DNA of 21,449 nucleotides from Candidatus Hodarchaeota archaeon (GTDB lineage Archaea > Asgardarchaeota > Heimdallarchaeia > Hodarchaeales > Hodarchaeaceae), in contig JAEOTQ010000056.1 in NCBI GenBank assembly GCA_016839785.1, positions 1 through 21,449 on the forward strand. Direction: 5' to 3'. The notes beneath the pieces were generated by a model. It saw only the letters and a list, made by a program, of their open reading frames with translations. It ran no database searches and was not told the origin of the DNA. A program made the translations under genes and the position numbers. Within the stretch, counting starts at the first letter, position 1, and every line of letters begins with the position of its first letter. This document shows positions 16,771 through 21,449 of the stretch, in pieces.

Positions 16771-17979
16771 ATGAGAATGAATGAAAGAACAAACGTCAAC
16801 ACTGAAAATTTGAAAAAAGTTTCCGTCATCGGCGCAGGGCACATGGGTCATGGCATTGCAGAAGTTGCTCTACTATCTAATTATTTCGTTTCTCTTGTTG
16901 ATATTTCTGAAGAGAGGGTTAATAAAGGAAAGGCACTAATCGATTGGTCCCTAAAAGAATTGATGAAAAAGTCGAAGATCACCGAGAAAAGATATAAAGA
17001 TATTCTGAATAATTTTGAAACTTCCACAGATTTGGAAAATGCAATTAAAAATACCTTTCTATGCATTGAGGCGGTACCTGAAAAATTAGAACTTAAAAAG
17101 AATATCTTCAAGAAGTTAGATAAGTTTTCTCCTAAGCATGCTATCTTAGCATCCAATACTTCTACAATGAGCATTACTGAAATTGCTAATATTACTCAAC
17201 GTCCTGAAAAAGTTGTTGGATTACATTTTCCTCCTCCTCCTGTCCTTGCAAAGGCCGTTGAAATTGTTAAAGGAGAGAAAACCTCATCTGAGACGATTAA
17301 TCTTATCACGAGGTTTGTTAAAGATTCAAATAAAATCCCTATAATTTCAAAGGATAGTCCTGGATTTATTTGTAATCGTATCATGGCTCCCTCAATACTT
17401 TTAATTCAACTAATGCTAGACCAAAAAGAATATTCTCCCATGAAAATTGATGCTGCAGCGTTAAATAAGAAAATGATTATGGGACCTTATGAACTCCTAG
17501 ATTATATGGGACTGGATGTTGTGTATGATAGTTCATTGTATCTAGCAAAAACGCTTTCACCAGATTATTATCCTACGCATACCATAAAGAAATTTGTTGA
17601 AGAAAATAAACTAGGTAGAAAAACAGGGGAGGGTATCTATAAATGGGGTCCAGGAGGCAAGAGACCGGATATCGATTTGTCAGATCCAGCGGAATTTGAC
17701 CTATTGGATCTAACACGTCTTCAAATCAATGAAGCAGTCAAAGTTCTTGAAGAAGGTGTTGGGACAATGAATGATATTGAGATTGGGATGAAACTTTTTT
17801 ATCACAATCAACGAGGACCTTTTGAAATAGTCAAAAAAATGAATTTAAATGATTTGACTGTATTCCTTGATAAAATTTCGAATAAATATGGAAAAGAAGT
17901 ATTTTGTGCTCATAAATGGATCCGTGATAATACCCTGCTAGAAAGAATATCGAATAAGGATGAGAGATTGGATTCTTGA
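16771..17979 (+). CDS. 3-hydroxyacyl-CoA dehydrogenase (second paralog)
   Basis: VIGAGHMGHGIA, IEAVPEKLELK, ASNTST, GLHFPPPP...VE, PGFICNR, MGPYELLDYMGLD, LGRKTGEGIY. Start could also be ATG 16777. Confidence 0.94.
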   Translation: MRMNERTNVNTENLKKVSVIGAGHMGHGIAEVALLSNYFVSLVDISEERVNKGKALIDWSLKELMKKSKITEKRYKDILNNFETSTDLENAIKNTFLCIEAVPEKLELKKNIFKKLDKFSPKHAILASNTSTMSITEIANITQRPEKVVGLHFPPPPVLAKAVEIVKGEKTSSETINLITRFVKDSNKIPIISKDSPGFICNRIMAPSILLIQLMLDQKEYSPMKIDAAALNKKMIMGPYELLDYMGLDVVYDSSLYLAKTLSPDYYPTHTIKKFVEENKLGRKTGEGIYKWGPGGKRPDIDLSDPAEFDLLDLTRLQINEAVKVLEEGVGTMNDIEIGMKLFYHNQRGPFEIVKKMNLNDLTVFLDKISNKYGKEVFCAHKWIRDNTLLERISNKDERLDS

Positions 17980-18073
17980 GTATTATCTCATCATTCAATG
18001 AAGATGTGCACAAATCTTTACTAATAAAATTTTTGTATATGCAAGAAAATTAATCTGGAAAGAGGTTTTTAAA

Positions 18074-18901
18074 ATGTCAAATGAAAAAAAATTCGAACAC
18101 GTGACAATTGAACGAAATGAGAAAGGTCAATATGCAGTAATATCAATAAATCGTCCTGATAAGTTGAACGCTCTTCAAATCAAAACATTAAAAGAAATTA
18201 CTGAAGCATTAGAATCTGTAGAAGTTGATCCAAATATCCGATGTGTTGTCCTACGAGGAATCAAGGATTATTCAAAGAAACCCGCTTTTTCTGCTGGGGC
18301 GGATCTCTCAGATAGAGGAAGTGCTGATCTTGATTCAGAAAATTTGAGGCATCAAAGTCATGCGATGTATAGAAGACATAAATATTATGATTTAATTGAG
18401 GAATTTCATAAACCTATTATCGCTGCTATAGATGGTTATGCCTTAGGTGGAGGTTTTGAATTAGTTCTAGTATGCGATATATCTATTGCTTCTAAACGAT
18501 CGATATTTGGGCTTCCTGAAGTCCAACGTGGCATTTTTCCTGCAAATGGAGGAACTCAACGGCTAATAAGAAACCTTGGTAAAATGAGAGCAAAAAGGAT
18601 GATGTTTTTTGGTGAACATTTCTCTGCTGAGACAATGTTTGAGTGGGGAGTTTTATCTTTCATAGTTGAGGATGATGAATTTGAAGATTTCATTCACGAA
18701 AAAGCTTCGTGGTTAGGAAAATCTGCTACAAACAGTTTATTCCTAATTAAGAAAAGTATTGACTATGGTACTCAAATACCGCTAAATATAGGCCTCCAAT
18801 TTGAACAAATGGGGTATGCAATCAATTCGCAGAGTAAAGATGTAGCAGATGGAATATCAGCGTTTCTCGAGAAGAGAAGGCCTGAGTTCGAAGGAAAATG
18901 A
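18074..18901 (+). CDS. Enoyl-CoA hydratase/isomerase family protein
   Basis: INRPDKLNAL, AFSAGADL, KPIIAAIDGYALGGGFEL, FGLPE (both catalytic Glu present), GGTQRL, GISAFLEKRRPEF. SD GAGGT upstream. Confidence 0.95.
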   Translation: MSNEKKFEHVTIERNEKGQYAVISINRPDKLNALQIKTLKEITEALESVEVDPNIRCVVLRGIKDYSKKPAFSAGADLSDRGSADLDSENLRHQSHAMYRRHKYYDLIEEFHKPIIAAIDGYALGGGFELVLVCDISIASKRSIFGLPEVQRGIFPANGGTQRLIRNLGKMRAKRMMFFGEHFSAETMFEWGVLSFIVEDDEFEDFIHEKASWLGKSATNSLFLIKKSIDYGTQIPLNIGLQFEQMGYAINSQSKDVADGISAFLEKRRPEFEGK

Positions 18902-18987
18902 CTGGTTTTGTTCAATTTAACGGCTTATAAACGATTAAAAATATGAAATTATAATAACAGAGGAATAAAATTAATTATGGGATTTAA

Positions 18988-20283
18988 ATGAATTTTAAAG
19001 ATGTGTGGTTAATTGATTATGCTCGAACTGCATTTTCACGTTCTAGACCGAATCAACCTGAGCGAGATGTATTTGGTGAGCTTCGTGGAGACGAGTTACT
19101 CGCTCAATTATTAATAAAGTTTTTTGATGAGAAACTAGCGGATAAAGGGATATCTAGGAGTGATATTGAAGAAGTATCTGTAGGTGTTGCTTCAGGTGTA
19201 TTAGAAAATTGGACATATGGAGGAAAGATTCCGCTTTTTCTAGCAGGATTCCCAAATAAAGTCTCATCATTTTTTATCGATAAGCAATGTGCATCTGCTG
19301 GCGCTGGAATGCACATGTTGACCATGGAGGTTATGACTGGGTATACAAAATGTGTTCTAGCTACTGGTTTTGAACATATGACACGAGTCAGAAGAGTTGG
19401 AATTGATCCTGCTATAGAGAGATATAAAGATGAGACCAGTATGTTCTATCATCCTGAATATGATATGGAAAACTCCATCAACATGTTACAAACAGCACAA
19501 AGACTGTATGAAGAGGAAGTACCAAAATTTACCAAAGAAGACTTAGATAGATTTGGTGTCAGATCACATAATTTAACTATTAAAAGTCAAGAAGAAAAAT
19601 GGTTTACATCAGGAATCAATGGTGGAGAAATCATACCAATTGAAGGACATGTTGAAGGGAACCTTGAGGTACCGATGATTGTAGATAGAGATATGACAGC
19701 GAGAGAGTCTACATTAGAAGGAGTATCTGGATTACGTCGGATATCTACTCCATTTTATTTGGAGAAAAATGGAGGAAAGATAGGATATATTGAGCGAGAA
19801 GGGACTGACGAAGGAGTTATTACTGCAGCAAATTCATCCCCATTGAATGCAGGAGCCACATCAGCAGTTCTTATGGAATCTAAGGAGGCAAAAAAGCGAA
19901 ATCTCACTCCAATAGCGCGCATTGTTTCAATTGGTTGGGCAGGAGTTGATCCACGAGTTATGGGCAGAGGTCCAGTTCCAGCTACATACAAAGCGTTAGA
20001 ACATGCTAATTTAACCGCTGAAGACATCGATTTTTGGGAAATCAATGAAGCTTTTAGCATTGTAGCCTTGAATTGCATGGATAAATTCAAAATCCCTGAA
20101 GAAAAAGTTAATATTAAGGGAGGATCAACTGCAATCGGTCATCCTTTGGGAGCAACAATGATTCGCCTTACTGGAACTTTAGCACGTATATTACAAGATA
20201 AAAAAGGAAAATATGGTGTAGCTTGTGCATGTGTCGGAGGAGGCCAAGGATTAGCTACGATAGTTGAAAATTTAGATACCTAA
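18988..20283 (+). CDS. Acetyl-CoA C-acyltransferase (3-ketoacyl-CoA thiolase)
   Basis: DYARTAF, DKQCASA (catalytic Cys), ITAANSSPLNAGA, GVDPRVMGRGPVPA, EINEAF, GHPLGAT, ACVGGGQG. Confidence 0.96.
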   Translation: MNFKDVWLIDYARTAFSRSRPNQPERDVFGELRGDELLAQLLIKFFDEKLADKGISRSDIEEVSVGVASGVLENWTYGGKIPLFLAGFPNKVSSFFIDKQCASAGAGMHMLTMEVMTGYTKCVLATGFEHMTRVRRVGIDPAIERYKDETSMFYHPEYDMENSINMLQTAQRLYEEEVPKFTKEDLDRFGVRSHNLTIKSQEEKWFTSGINGGEIIPIEGHVEGNLEVPMIVDRDMTARESTLEGVSGLRRISTPFYLEKNGGKIGYIEREGTDEGVITAANSSPLNAGATSAVLMESKEAKKRNLTPIARIVSIGWAGVDPRVMGRGPVPATYKALEHANLTAEDIDFWEINEAFSIVALNCMDKFKIPEEKVNIKGGSTAIGHPLGATMIRLTGTLARILQDKKGKYGVACACVGGGQGLATIVENLDT

Positions 20284-20620
20284 ATGATAATAATTTTGTT
20301 TGAATATTCAATGAGAGATTTTCTCGCTCTATTTTTTTATTTATTACCAAATCTATGTTACTCCAAGCTTCATTTAAAGTAAAAACGTCGAAGAATTTGA
20401 GAAATCAGTGTTTTATTAGTTACTTCATTTAAGGAGTTTTTAGGGGAGAAATAAATGAGAATGCTGCAATAATTGAATTAAAACATAGAGAATTAGATTT
20501 TAATGGTTTATACTCAAGGATTCCTTCATTAGTGACCGACTTTTTCAATGGGGAAGACTGAAATATAGAACAGGAAACGACAGAAACGGTGTTAGAAAGG
20601 AAACGGGGTAAGGTACATAC

Positions 20621-21449
20621 ATGGATGTTTTTGATAAGAGAATACTCTTTAGTTTAGTAAAATCCTGTCGTATCTCGTTTTCCCAGCTATCCTCAGATCT
20701 TAATATACCTTCTGATGAAATAGGGACGCGTATCCAACGACTGGTAAATAATCACACGATTCTTAAGTTTACTGTTGCATTAAATCCATTTCTTCTGCAT
20801 TTACATAATGCCATCCTTATATTTCGATCCCTCACCCCATTAGAGCTTAATCGATTGACATTACTCGGAATTCATTCAGCTATTGAACATATTTCCATAG
20901 GAACAGCACATGAAGGTTTTGCCTATGCGAGATATAGTAACAAGAAGGATTTTACAGAATTAACAGAACACTTCATGCAATTCCATCGGACTTTCGAAGA
21001 ATTGCATTTATACCCCGTTATCCCACTTGTTAATTCAGGTATTTCAACTCCTACGCAAGATTTGGTTTCTCTTGAAAGAGAAGATTGGTTAATTCTAGCC
21101 CATCTTAGAGAACAAGGTCGACTATCGCTTCAAGAACTCTCCAAACGTATTGAAATTGATGTGGAAGTGATAAATGAACGATTGGATTATCTCCGTCACC
21201 ATAATCTCATTCACGAAACAATCCAAATTAATCCAGTAAAATCTCCCAAAGAAACCCTAACCATGTTTCAATGCGAATTTACTATCTTAAACCATTTAAT
21301 ACAGCAGGAAATTATGCAAGAAATAAATACACTACCACACTTTTGGCCAATTAGTTCATGGCGCTCATCTGATAAACCTATTTTGTTTTTAAGTTTTTAC
21401 TGTTCATCTTATACCGAAGTTGGAAAAATTCAAGCTCATTTGACTGAAT
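20621..21449 (+). CDS. Tandem (double wHTH) Lrp/AsnC-family transcriptional regulator, 3' truncated by window edge; absent from the ORF track
   Basis: Manual translation gives 276 stop-free codons: MDVFDKRILFSLVKSCRISFSQLSSDLNIPSDEIGTRIQRLVNNHTILKFTV... and a second HTH LEREDWLILAHLREQGRLSLQELSKRIEIDVEVINERLDYLRHHNLI. An in-frame TAA at 20609 fixes the start. Confidence 0.88.
   Translation, partial: MDVFDKRILFSLVKSCRISFSQLSSDLNIPSDEIGTRIQRLVNNHTILKFTVALNPFLLHLHNAILIFRSLTPLELNRLTLLGIHSAIEHISIGTAHEGFAYARYSNKKDFTELTEHFMQFHRTFEELHLYPVIPLVNSGISTPTQDLVSLEREDWLILAHLREQGRLSLQELSKRIEIDVEVINERLDYLRHHNLIHETIQINPVKSPKETLTMFQCEFTILNHLIQQEIMQEINTLPHFWPISSWRSSDKPILFLSFYCSSYTEVGKIQAHLTE

Noticed and set aside
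2450-20090. Short shadow ORFs in the track (e.g. 2450-2632, 3206-3406, 4748-4939, 7028-7210, 7686-7868, 8047-8232, 8701-8994, 9172-9402, 9711-10085, 11285-11596, 12302-12484, 12531-12752, 14838-15113, 15849-16121, 16629-16844, 16881-17174, 17196-17384, 17831-18013, 19104-19325, 19755-20090)
   Set aside because: They overlap well-supported genes antisense or out of frame and carry no recognisable motifs.

Overview
AT-rich window that looks archaeal. The clues are a stand-alone TrpB2, a PGF-CTERM-type tail on the solute-binding protein, a tandem Lrp/AsnC regulator and TATA-like promoters; an Asgard-type origin is plausible but is inference only. Most of the window is a fatty-acid uptake, activation and beta-oxidation locus. 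A long-chain acyl-CoA ligase is divergent from a Liv-type ABC transporter (SBP, two unusually enlarged permeases, two ATPases). These are followed by an MBL-fold hydrolase, two 3-hydroxyacyl-CoA dehydrogenases, an acyl-CoA dehydrogenase broken by three deletions, an enoyl-CoA hydratase, a thiolase and a double-HTH Lrp/AsnC regulator that runs off the right end and is missing from the ORF track. The left part holds a partial enoyl-CoA hydratase, an ArsN2-like GNAT, trpB2, a possible DUF1257-DUF2997 fusion and a small charged low-complexity ORF. I found no rRNA, tRNA, CRISPR array or mobile element. The most notable items are the enlarged ABC permeases, a perfect inverted repeat abutting the SBP TATA box, the DUF1257/DUF2997-like fusion, a GC-rich structured island upstream of trpB2 and the deletion pattern in the ACAD gene. 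All family assignments come from motif recognition by eye, not from database searches.
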